A DNA stretch of 64,000 nucleotides, taken from the IMG/VR virus record IMGVR_UViG_3300033075_001021; one strand, given 5' to 3'. This DNA is from a virus (Duplodnaviria; Caudoviricetes). Positions 10,725 through 21,500 of this stretch are shown in pieces (position 1 is the first letter of the stretch; every line of letters begins with the position of its first letter). The notes under the pieces are model-generated. The model saw only the letters and a list, made by a program, of their open reading frames with translations. It was not told where the DNA came from and did not search any database. The position numbers were made by a program, and so were the translations under genes.

Positions 10725-13700
10725 TTATCCTGTATAGTTAATTATTATGCTTCCATTGATACCTGTCCATGAAAGTATGCTATCACCTCCTGTAATCTGA
10801 ATGGTTGCAGCTATACCGTTACATGTTGCAGATGTTATTATTGCGCCTTGAACCAATAACGTTACATTCGCATTTACCGCTGGTAAATCGGGGTTAACAT
10901 TTGCAATATATGGTTGATATTGTCCATCATAAGGAACTGTAGCGTTTTGATTATTATTCCTAAACGTGAATCTTAATCCAGTTGATGCTAAATTCGGATT
11001 CGTACTTATCAGTGTATATGACGAACCAAGTGGTGGGTCAGATGTGTCTTCTGAAATATCTACCACTAAGTATAAATTCGTAGGTGCCCCAATTGGTGCA
11101 TATGTAAATTGACCAGTGAAATATGGTTGACCATATAGCGTCTGTTGTATAACTGTAAGCTGATTTAGCTGGCCAAAAACATTTTGCATAAATGTGTTGT
11201 TATCATACTCAACGTTACTTACCATGTAGTACATTCTATGTCCTAATGCTGGGTCAAAAGCTTTAGTTGCTTGTGATGACACCATTAAATTCTTAGGTGT
11301 TTCAATTCTAAGTATATCCCCAGTCATTGGTGACGGAACAGATACATAGCCATAATAAAACCCATCTGACAATATACTATTAGGTGTCGCCGATAATGGG
11401 AAGTTTACATTTACAAAATCACCACCAATATTAGAATTGTTTAGGTCACTGAAAGAAAAACTATTTAATCTTTCACCTACTTGTGAACCATTATTGATTA
11501 CAACACCAAATATTTTAGCTTGTACTGGTGGAACATAAACCGCACTACAACCAATCTGACCTTGTGACCTTTTAAGGTATGTTTGATATATTACGGAAGA
11601 TTGTAAATCAACATCAGTTTGACCAGATGTGGTTAGTTGACAAGCATATCCAACATCAGTTGTTGATGCTGAAATGTACACTGGTGTTGTATAGTTTGGT
11701 ATACAATGACAACCATCTTGTGATGTCAAAACCTTAGTTCCATTTTCTTTTTCAAATTGAAGGTAGTTAAACCCACTAAATGTCACCCACCTTGGTGTTG
11801 CAAGCTTCCATTTACATGTAACATAACAACCACACGTATTTAATTTAGAATTACAACAAATATATCCACTATTTTGTAAAATGAATGGGCTGGTATTTGT
11901 TCCATTTCCACTATATTGGTCATAATAGTATGGTATCATACCACTTTTGTTACAACATTCAATATCTACGAATTGTGACGTATAGTATACTGGGTTACCA
12001 CTAATAGTAAATATAGTTCCATTGTAATTGTATTGATAATACTGATACACCGAATACTGATATTCATCATTAAAGGTTGAACTCGCAATATCGGCACTAC
12101 AATCACTTGGTGAAGGTTCTTTTTTATCAACACAAATACTCATTGACCTAAGATTTTCTGGTATATCACAACCACAATCCGTTTCATCTTGTCTGTGTTT
12201 AGGGTCCTCAATTGTTGTTGCACTAACAACAAAACAATCGGAAAAATCAATTCCATCTTCAGTTGTAATATCAACATACGTATTACCACTATATTGGTTA
12301 AAAGTACCCAATTTATAGTTTGTAAATATATTTGTTAGTGTATTTGTTGATGTCGTTGACGTTACTGTTACAGCTGAAAAATCTGGTATAAGCTCCCTGA
12401 ACTGATTAATATACTTATAACCACCATCATATGGGCCAACGTGTGGATTGTTGCCAGTTGTTATGTCTATTGTTGACTCATCGCCACCAGTTTGTCTATA
12501 CCATAAACCATTATTTTGAAAATACATTGTTGGTGTATTAGGTAATGGTAGTGGATATCCATCGTTACCGATTGGGTATGTTGATATGTCTTGTGATAAA
12601 CCATTTAATGCTAAAACAGATTGGAATAAATCAATATCAATCTTGTTTTCGGCTAAATAGATGTACTCATTGAATTTGATTAACCCAAGTGGGGTTCCAA
12701 TAAATTTGAATAAGAATTCAATACTTTTTCTTGTTCCTTTAGACTTCCAAATCCATGGGGTATTTAAAATTATTCTTCTCCAAAGCTCAATATCCGCTTC
12801 AACAGCGGTGTAACCAACACTATGTCCTTCATAAGTTGATTTATTTGGTTGTATATAACTCTTTAATAAATTATTTTCAAGAACCGATGATATTAAATCC
12901 CAACCTAAAACTCTAGCCAAATTTTTAATATAAATGTCTGGCATATTATTGAGTTTATCGTAGCTAACAACATTGGCAAATTGAATACCCAGAATGTATT
13001 TGTTTAATTCGTCATATTCGGCACCATAAATCATCAGCGTTTTGTTCATCTTTTGGTCTGACGTGTCTTGGTCTTGTGGACTAAGGTGTACGGCAGTTGT
13101 GTCAAAATCGGTGATTGATTCGGTCACTAAAAACCTAACCATTAAATTACTAGTGGTTAAGTCATAGTTGGTTGTCAACTCTAAAAGTCTACTAGCAAAT
13201 GCATCGTATTCGTCTGTATCAAAATCAATATTATAACCATCTGTCGCTGGCCATGTTAATGTCTCAGTTATATAGATGATTCCACCGCTATCAGCTTGCT
13301 CTGTAAATTTAAAGGTTGATGTATATTTTGGTGTTGAGAATCGGTTTAATAGGTAATACTCAAACTCTGGTAATGAATTAAAGAATAAATTCTCCTTATC
13401 AGCATTTGGTTTTACATAATATGTCAAATAAGCATTTGTTGTACTAGAAAATGCATCCCCCTTAACCTTAAAGTACATATAATCATTAAGCGTTGTTGTT
13501 GAGCCAGTAAAGCCTAAAACACCATATTCTGACCCATTAACAAGAATGGCATAAGATTGATAATTAAGGTTTAAATTTCTTAATGTGTTGTCTTGGGCAT
13601 CAACACTAATGTTTAATGTATTAATACCAAATCTATTAGTCACAACATTAGTATTTACTCTAAATGTTGCTTCATCGGTTAATGAATTGTAAGTATAATT

Positions 13701-14156
13701 TTCAAATGTGTATCCACTTTGTGTAATATACACTGGTGGTAACGCATAGATAGGGTTTACGTATAGCGCCGCTGGCCAATTTGTAATTATATCCTCAAGT
13801 GATACCCTTGTGAATTCCTTTAATGAACCAAACAATGAATAATACATCAAGTTTGATTTATCAAGATTTAAGAATACACCGTCATTGTTTCTTAAAAGGC
13901 TAAACGCACTTTCAAGAGTAAGGTCTAAATCTGTAAGTGTAACAAAATTTGAAAAACGATGGGTTACAAACCTTTTGTCCTTTTTAGGGTCAAAATTTGT
14001 TGTAACAGCAAAGTTACCCATTGTAAACAACGGGGTACCGCCATCACTAGCTAGTTGTACTCCAACTAAGTCTGGTGAAAAGTTTCTATACTCAATTTGG
14101 TCATTGTAGAATGTTTTTTGAGCATAACCAGCAACCTTTATCCTATTATTACTCAT
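10725..14156 (-). CDS. Baseplate wedge protein (P2 gpI / T4 gp7-like) with a Cys-rich C-terminus
   Basis: IKNLARVLGW...LWRRIILNTPWIWKSKGTRKSIEFLF resembles the gpI/gp7 wedge motif. Confidence 0.6.
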   Translation of the reverse strand: MSNNRIKVAGYAQKTFYNDQIEYRNFSPDLVGVQLASDGGTPLFTMGNFAVTTNFDPKKDKRFVTHRFSNFVTLTDLDLTLESAFSLLRNNDGVFLNLDKSNLMYYSLFGSLKEFTRVSLEDIITNWPAALYVNPIYALPPVYITQSGYTFENYTYNSLTDEATFRVNTNVVTNRFGINTLNISVDAQDNTLRNLNLNYQSYAILVNGSEYGVLGFTGSTTTLNDYMYFKVKGDAFSSTTNAYLTYYVKPNADKENLFFNSLPEFEYYLLNRFSTPKYTSTFKFTEQADSGGIIYITETLTWPATDGYNIDFDTDEYDAFASRLLELTTNYDLTTSNLMVRFLVTESITDFDTTAVHLSPQDQDTSDQKMNKTLMIYGAEYDELNKYILGIQFANVVSYDKLNNMPDIYIKNLARVLGWDLISSVLENNLLKSYIQPNKSTYEGHSVGYTAVEADIELWRRIILNTPWIWKSKGTRKSIEFLFKFIGTPLGLIKFNEYIYLAENKIDIDLFQSVLALNGLSQDISTYPIGNDGYPLPLPNTPTMYFQNNGLWYRQTGGDESTIDITTGNNPHVGPYDGGYKYINQFRELIPDFSAVTVTSTTSTNTLTNIFTNYKLGTFNQYSGNTYVDITTEDGIDFSDCFVVSATTIEDPKHRQDETDCGCDIPENLRSMSICVDKKEPSPSDCSADIASSTFNDEYQYSVYQYYQYNYNGTIFTISGNPVYYTSQFVDIECCNKSGMIPYYYDQYSGNGTNTSPFILQNSGYICCNSKLNTCGCYVTCKWKLATPRWVTFSGFNYLQFEKENGTKVLTSQDGCHCIPNYTTPVYISASTTDVGYACQLTTSGQTDVDLQSSVIYQTYLKRSQGQIGCSAVYVPPVQAKIFGVVINNGSQVGERLNSFSFSDLNNSNIGGDFVNVNFPLSATPNSILSDGFYYGYVSVPSPMTGDILRIETPKNLMVSSQATKAFDPALGHRMYYMVSNVEYDNNTFMQNVFGQLNQLTVIQQTLYGQPYFTGQFTYAPIGAPTNLYLVVDISEDTSDPPLGSSYTLISTNPNLASTGLRFTFRNNNQNATVPYDGQYQPYIANVNPDLPAVNANVTLLVQGAIITSATCNGIAATIQITGGDSILSWTGINGSIIINYTG

Positions 14157-14158
14157 TT

Positions 14159-15076
14159 TTAAACTGTTGTTACCGTATTAAAATTCTTTGAAAAATCAAT
14201 ATTATTTCTCTGTTCTCTAACTTCAAATAATGGTTTACCACTAAACCTATCTTTAATCTCATACAAATCATATTGCTTGTAAATTTGATTATTAAAGTTG
14301 TAGATAGTGTAAATACCATCATCAAGAGACTTACTTTGGTTGCCAAACAATGCGTAAGCTAATGTCTCAGTATTATGCTCAACCATTTCAACTTCAACCA
14401 TAATTGGATTAAAGAATGTGTTTGTTATTATAACATCTTGGTTTGGGTTTCCAATAAATGGAAACGTATTTGGTTGAACGTTTGAAGCCGAATTAGGTGA
14501 AACGGTACAAAAAACAAGTGTTGAGTTGTCATTAAATCGATATCTTATAGCCTTTTGATTCGAATTCGTAAGATTCTGGTTTACTGGTTCAGCCCTATTG
14601 TTTGATGTAACAACCCTAAAAATATTAGGTATTTTAGCATTTGGTAATGTTGGGTCTAAGAATTCTATTCTGTACCCAATCAAGCTGTTGTTTTCAAAAC
14701 GGTTTAAAAAATCAGATGGAATTGTGGCCAAATCAAATAAAACACCCTTAATATCTGGATAGGCTGAAAGCACACCAACGTCAACAATTTTAGTTCTTAT
14801 CTCAGCTGGCTTAATAATTATTGTATAAATTCCTTTAGCTGAAAATATGCTAACAGGTAATTTAAGGGTATACATTCCACCAAATAACTCAAAACCACTA
14901 ATATTGGATTGTGTTCTATTTGGATTATTCAATTTGATTAAAAGGTCTGATGGATTCGATAATTTTATCAAATCTGTGCTTAATTTATCCCTAGATGGGG
15001 TGTAGGTATAAAATATTTCTACATCATCTGGTGATACATCAGCTGGTCTTACTATACCGTATGTTCCTGTTGCCAT
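14159..15076 (-). CDS. Hypothetical virion structural protein
   Basis: 305-aa ORF tightly packed in the baseplate cluster. Confidence 0.55.
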   Translation of the reverse strand: MATGTYGIVRPADVSPDDVEIFYTYTPSRDKLSTDLIKLSNPSDLLIKLNNPNRTQSNISGFELFGGMYTLKLPVSIFSAKGIYTIIIKPAEIRTKIVDVGVLSAYPDIKGVLFDLATIPSDFLNRFENNSLIGYRIEFLDPTLPNAKIPNIFRVVTSNNRAEPVNQNLTNSNQKAIRYRFNDNSTLVFCTVSPNSASNVQPNTFPFIGNPNQDVIITNTFFNPIMVEVEMVEHNTETLAYALFGNQSKSLDDGIYTIYNFNNQIYKQYDLYEIKDRFSGKPLFEVREQRNNIDFSKNFNTVTTV

Positions 15077-15159
15077 ATTCCTTGTTTTTTTATTAAAAAT
15101 AGCCCTTTTACTGACTCTTCGTATTTTAATACCAAATATGAAGAAAGTAAAAAGGTTTG

Positions 15160-15987
15160 TTAGTATTTTGTCACATTAAAATAATTCTTTCCATATCTCT
15201 GCAATTCCTCCAAGCTCCTAACCTCAGAAAGCTTTAAATGACGTTCAAATACGGGTGTTATCCCCCTATCTATAAATACATCACTTTTAACTTCTGGTTT
15301 TGAAATTATTCCAAATAAATATTCTTCTTTTGTTATCGCCGATAAACTAATATTTGTCTGGTTCCAACCTTGACTTCTATATGTCAAGGTTGTAATACCA
15401 GTTCCGCTAAAATCTTTAAACAATAACCCGTCTGTTTGGCCAGATTGGCCTATATTTTGGTCATTTTTATCTGATGAAAAAACATAAACCATTGGGTCCC
15501 CAATCATGGTTACCCTACTTACACCATCAACCGTAGCACCACTAAAATTGACATATATCTCAGATTCAACGTCGAAATTTTGGATATACTTCTCGTTATC
15601 CTTGTAGGTTTTAACGTCTTCAATTCTAGAATCTGTTTGTCCTGTAATGATACCCCCAATTGAGTAAAAATCTGAAATCGTAGCACCAACATATCTAGTA
15701 TCCTTATCAATTGGTGTTATTGGTGGTGGTAAAATGCCAACCATAAATGGAAATGTAATACCACTAGCTTGTAATTTATTAATTAAGACCGTATAATTTA
15801 CTGGTGTTGACTGACCACTAAAATCTGGAAGATAAATTATATCCGTAAACATACCCATATCATCAACATTTTGTGTTAACATAACGTTGACGTAAAAAGA
15901 CGTTGCTGTTATTTGTCCATATGTTTGACTATAATCAGCCCTGTCTATGCTATCCTCTAATAATATCGTCCTTTTAATTAATTCCAT
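15160..15987 (-). CDS. Hypothetical virion structural protein
   Basis: 275-aa ORF with TAATG coupling to the upstream gene; rich in S/T-G-x-T motifs. Confidence 0.55.
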   Translation of the reverse strand: MELIKRTILLEDSIDRADYSQTYGQITATSFYVNVMLTQNVDDMGMFTDIIYLPDFSGQSTPVNYTVLINKLQASGITFPFMVGILPPPITPIDKDTRYVGATISDFYSIGGIITGQTDSRIEDVKTYKDNEKYIQNFDVESEIYVNFSGATVDGVSRVTMIGDPMVYVFSSDKNDQNIGQSGQTDGLLFKDFSGTGITTLTYRSQGWNQTNISLSAITKEEYLFGIISKPEVKSDVFIDRGITPVFERHLKLSEVRSLEELQRYGKNYFNVTKY

Positions 15988-16847
15988 TAGATTGCTTGAA
16001 TTTGATATAAATTAACCGTCAAATCTTTTAAATTTGGGTTTGATGAATTTGAATAAGAAACATTTGTTGAGTATGTTGTATCCAGATTATAGTAAAACCC
16101 TGTTGTTGTCCTAAATAAATTGTATTTTGTATATTGTTTATAAATTAATTCATTAATTGGATATTGAGCGTTTTCTGTCATTAAGTTTGTTGATTTACCA
16201 TTTTTGGCGTTGTTAAATGTTGCCTTCATGTACAAACTTTTTGGTGGTGTATTAATTGCAAACTCATCTTTATAATCATAAAGATGATAACCCTCAAAAT
16301 AACCGCTTGTATTTGTTAACGGGTTTAATAATACAAGTGTAAGTGGTATTGTATTGGCTGGTTTTGGTTGACCAGCAACGTGTGTTGCTGTTGTTGTCGT
16401 ATAATAATCGGATTTTGATAAATGTGCATAAATATCAATTTCTGTTACCAAGTTTTGTGTCATTGGGTTATCACTATCATAAAATGACAATGTTAAATAA
16501 GATTCTTTAAAGTAATTTTTTTGATATTTTATATCCGCATCATCAAAGCCAATCCCTGAATAATATGTTGGCTGCATCATTATACTATTACTATCTAAAA
16601 AATTAAGATTGTATGTTATACTACCAACACCAATGTTTATATCATATATTGGTATAAATCTTACCTTATCATAGTCTAAAATTGGATTTATTGCCCTTTG
16701 CTCTTCAATTTGGACGAATAATCTCTCAATTAACTCCCCGTTATCAACAATTTGGTATTGTATATTGACAGGAATGTTAATGGTTGTCGCTGATGTACCA
16801 CTTAATTCGCTTGTTGATATTTCATATTTAGCATACATTCTCTGCAA
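15987..16847 (-). CDS. Hypothetical virion structural protein
   Basis: 286-aa ORF in the operon; the true start may be the second Met (MYAKY). Confidence 0.55.
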   Translation of the reverse strand: MQRMYAKYEISTSELSGTSATTINIPVNIQYQIVDNGELIERLFVQIEEQRAINPILDYDKVRFIPIYDINIGVGSITYNLNFLDSNSIMMQPTYYSGIGFDDADIKYQKNYFKESYLTLSFYDSDNPMTQNLVTEIDIYAHLSKSDYYTTTTATHVAGQPKPANTIPLTLVLLNPLTNTSGYFEGYHLYDYKDEFAINTPPKSLYMKATFNNAKNGKSTNLMTENAQYPINELIYKQYTKYNLFRTTTGFYYNLDTTYSTNVSYSNSSNPNLKDLTVNLYQIQAI

Positions 16848-18522
16848 AGTTTACTTTAACATTATTTGGCATCGCATTACCGATTGGGTCCATTGGGAAT
16901 GTACCATAAAAGAGATTCCATTTATCAAACGGGTCTTGTCTTTTAACATCAAAAGAATAGTTTTGATATAGATAATGAGCACCATTTATAAATGGATAAT
17001 CAACTGTTTCTGTGCTGACATTGGTTGTGCCAATATCAACCATATTTCTCCAAACATATCTACCATCCCCTAAATCTAACGCATATTTTGGTTTGTCTAC
17101 GGTATTTTTATCACCTTGTTCAATATAAATAGAAAAATCTCTAATTCTCATTTGTTGATGTGCGGTATAAAAATACCCTTCTGGTCTTGGTCCCTGTGCT
17201 GTGGCATTACCAATTGTTTCTCTATTTAATGTATTAAATCGATGCGTTACAGGTGCTAATACAGTCTCGTTTAATGTCGCTTTATTGAATTCTACAACAT
17301 CGCCGTAGAAAACATTGTTTATGATATTAACATCGGTTTCTAAGGGGATATATGACACTGGTACAGAAGTTGACCCAGTGACTGTATGAATTAACTGAAT
17401 TACGGGTATATTCCTAAAATACGGATTTGTTATTGAATCCCTTATTTCTGAAATATCTGGGGCCTCAATACCTGAAGTTACCTTTGTAAAAATATTATTA
17501 CTATCAGTTTTTATTATTGTCAAATATAACTCACTCAACGGTCTGTTTAAGTTATCGACCAAATTACTTACATCAATATCTTCATTAAACACAAATTGAC
17601 TTATAGGGTCAACATATATGTTTTCAGAAAAAGCCAATTTGTAAATTTCATAATCATCCTCTTCAATAATATTAGAGGATTTGGTTTTTATCTTCTTAAA
17701 CTTCCTAAAATAGTATTCGCATTCAAATCCCTTATATACTTTCTTCATCCTACTATCGCTATCTAACACAACCGCTGATGGTTCAATATCAATACAAAAA
17801 TAATAATCTTTGTATTCACCATTATCAAGACCTAGTCTTTTTACGTCATAATCACCATCAAAAGTTGTTCCTGTGATTCTAACTGTGCTACCAGCAAGTA
17901 CATTATGTTTTATTGGTACCCCTATCGCAGTCATTTCTTTACCCCCAACAAAAACTGATTTTTTACTTACCATTATTATACCACCATTAATCATATAGTT
18001 GGTTTTATCAGAATCGTATGGGTATGTAATTGTGAGGTCCCAGTTTTTAACTAATTTATTTGGTATATTGGTTGTGTCTGGTAAAAAAGAAAATCTTTCT
18101 CTTTTTGGTTCCATATCATAAAAATTACACAAACCGCTACCAGTCAAGACTGGGTCAAAATACCCGTACCAACCATCAATTTCCTTAAGGTGTTTTTTTA
18201 TTGACTCAGCATATGTTAAATCTTTATCATTATCTAAAGTATCTGATAAAAATATTGGTGTCTTGAATGTTTCCCATGTGTCTGTACCAGTAATATTAAA
18301 AAGTACATTACTAATAAGCGGATTTATTTTTCCAACAATTCGATAAAAGGAGCATGATTGTCTTTCAGTATTAAATTGTACTGCAAGGTCAACAACTCTA
18401 TTTAACTCACTTGGTGGTAACAATCTTTGGCTACTAACAAACTCTAAATTAAGGTACGTGTCAGTATTCACTGATTCTTTTGAATTAGTTGCTGTTAATC
18501 TATGTTTAACTCTTATATTCAT
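16828..18522 (-). CDS. Hypothetical virion structural protein
   Basis: 564-aa ORF coupled to both neighbours. Confidence 0.55.
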   Translation of the reverse strand: MNIRVKHRLTATNSKESVNTDTYLNLEFVSSQRLLPPSELNRVVDLAVQFNTERQSCSFYRIVGKINPLISNVLFNITGTDTWETFKTPIFLSDTLDNDKDLTYAESIKKHLKEIDGWYGYFDPVLTGSGLCNFYDMEPKRERFSFLPDTTNIPNKLVKNWDLTITYPYDSDKTNYMINGGIIMVSKKSVFVGGKEMTAIGVPIKHNVLAGSTVRITGTTFDGDYDVKRLGLDNGEYKDYYFCIDIEPSAVVLDSDSRMKKVYKGFECEYYFRKFKKIKTKSSNIIEEDDYEIYKLAFSENIYVDPISQFVFNEDIDVSNLVDNLNRPLSELYLTIIKTDSNNIFTKVTSGIEAPDISEIRDSITNPYFRNIPVIQLIHTVTGSTSVPVSYIPLETDVNIINNVFYGDVVEFNKATLNETVLAPVTHRFNTLNRETIGNATAQGPRPEGYFYTAHQQMRIRDFSIYIEQGDKNTVDKPKYALDLGDGRYVWRNMVDIGTTNVSTETVDYPFINGAHYLYQNYSFDVKRQDPFDKWNLFYGTFPMDPIGNAMPNNVKVNFAENVC

Positions 18523-21500
18523 TATCCTATTTCTATTTGACAGCCAATGTTATCATACACGTCAATTGTTACTGGTGTACTTACATTAAAATTTACATAA
18601 TTCCAAACAACCAAATATGGGTCTGCGTTAGGTGTTTGACTTACTGGAAGCACCTCAACACCGTTAATTTGTGCCGTTATTGGTGCTTCTCCACCAACAA
18701 CACTAAATGCCGTTGTTGACCCAGTAACTACATTGTATACTCGCATACCTTGTCTTATGTATATTATTGTTTCTGTTGTTTGTGGTGTTGGTTCACCTGA
18801 ATCTGTAACTACTACCTTATAGTAACCACTACATAAATCATTTTGTATTGTATCACCACTTGTGCTTATTGTTACTATTGTATATGGTCCCGCTTGTGTT
18901 GTTGCTGAATATGTTGTAACAGAATATGGTGGTGTACCACCAATAACGTCAAATCCATATGAACCACTACAATCATTTGCACAAGCATTATATGATTCAA
19001 TATTAGTTATTTGTAATGGCTGTGGTCCTCTTATTTCTATGGTTTTTGTACATTGATGGCCAGCATTATCGCTTGCTATAAATGTATAAACATCATCTTT
19101 GAATCCAACAGGAATTGTGTATCCAATTGGGTCAGTTGTGAATGTTAATGGTGGTGTATATAATGAGTTACTCGAATCATAAATTGATAATGTATATGGT
19201 AAGGTTCCATTCGTTATTGCTATAATTTCAATTACACCATCCGCAGAGGTCTGAGTTGACGGTGCGCCGCTAATTGAATATGAACAACTAAATCCTAATG
19301 GTTGGCCAACAGTTACTTCTTTAACAACTACTGTCCCAAGTGCGTCAATGGCTGTAATTTGATATGTCCCAGCTTCTAAACCAGTTATTATACCACCAGC
19401 TGGAAGAGTTGTGGTTGTAATTGGGCCAAGTGAATAGCTTACATCAACTCCAACCCAAGTATATGTAAATGGATATGTGCCACCTATAAAGGTAAACGAA
19501 ATTGAGCCGTTTGACGCACCACTAACTGAAACATTTGTTGGTGTTGTATCAATGATAAAATCACCAGCTCTTTCTCTTGTACAATCTGTAAAGTATTTTG
19601 TTTTTAGTTTATCCAATGCTGTTTTACCTGGTATAATACCAAAATACATATAATATGAATTTTTTGTTTGGAAACTCATATCTTCACCATTTTCATATGG
19701 TGGTATCCAACCTCTAAATTCGTTATATGCATCACCATTTCTAATTGATAAGTCAACGCCTATCGATGTGCCTTGGTTAGGGTCTAATAAGTTATATGGT
19801 ACTGTTGGTATCGCTTGTATGCTCGTACCACTTATGTTTAAAAGATAAAATGAGTCTCTCAGGTACCTATTTAAACTTGTAAGTGTATCGATTGGGTCAG
19901 ATGAATCATAAATCTCATCAATATTAATTAAATCTATCTGTGTCAAACCAGTGTACTCAAGTAAATCGATACTAAGTTCACATTGTCTTCTAATGTTTCT
20001 AGCTTTGATTGCATCGTAATCAACACCTTTTGAACATCCGACGTTAAAGAAAACACCTTTGTAATTTATACCATTAGGTGGTGTAAAATCAAACATACCA
20101 GCCACAACTGATTGGTCATCTTGTGGAATGTCAGTATCATCTTCCTCTGAAAAAGTTTCAGCCAACAATGGTGGTAGCTTATAAGATGTATTTGTAAGGT
20201 AATTTACAATCTTTGGTAATCCTTGCCAATCACAATCAAAAACAGCACCTAGATTTACAATATCGGTTGCAAAAAGTTTTAATTGTGACCCATTTAATAA
20301 CATTGGTGGGTAATAAAGGGTATTATCATGTTTAACCAATAAGCCATTTCTAAAGTTTACTCTAGTATCACTACTTCTTGTATTGTAAGTAGTGTCAACA
20401 ATCTTACTATTTTTACATGAGTTATAACCAGTACCACCACTGTAATCATTACAATTTGTTTCGCAGAATTTTTCTCTACCTCTTCTTTTCTTCTTATACT
20501 TTAATAGATAATAGTACAATGTACCATTAATCCAATCATTAAAGAAATCTAATTCATACAAATCTAATTGCTCAGCTAACACCGCTGATACACAGTCTAG
20601 ATAAGCATCTAATTTATCGGTATCGGTACATCCAATTGCATATTGACTCTCGTCCTCGTTAGGACATTTAAGTTTAATTAAAAACTTTCTTAAAAAACCA
20701 AATGGTCGTATACGTAAAATTTTAATTTTAATTAAAGCACATAAAAACCCATTAAAAAGTTGTACAATAAATCCAATGATTGAAAACAAAAAGCAAATAA
20801 TTGTAAACAATATGTTTCCGCTTACATGTGCTCTATTATAAGGCATTGGTGACTTGTCGCCAACACAGCCATCGACGTTTTTAATACCAGTATGTGTTCT
20901 ACGTTTATATGCTTTTGTTAATGAAAGCATATTTTTTTCAGTTCTAGGTATAAAGTTTCTTACACTATATATTTTGTTCCAATAAAAATCTCTAAACGTA
21001 TTTTCAGTATCTTTTGTTGTTTTATCAAAACTAAAGTCAATATCTGATTTTGTTTTTGGGTTATGTGGTACAATGTATTTTCCTCTTGTCCTAAGTCTAC
21101 CAACACCACCACCTTCATCCATACTAATTCTAAATCTAACTCTACTTCTAGTTGGGATACCTCTACTAGGGTCATCGGATGGGACTAAATTACCTTCTTC
21201 ATCAGTAACGACATAATCTAAGTTCATGGGTATTTGATATGCCCATGCACCATTATCATCAATAAGCCTACCACCGTCAATATCATATTTTTCAATTTCC
21301 CCTTCAAGTGTTTTTCTAAGCATTTCAATGGTTCCAGCTCTTGGTACTTGTTCGCACATGAGTCCCATTCTCTTTCTTGGCCTACATCTTTTATTAATGC
21401 TATTTTTTCTACTATCACCAAAAATACTACCCATAAAGATAGCACATGGTCTGATATTGTAATTTAAGTCAATATCCAATCTATTTATCCCAATTACACA

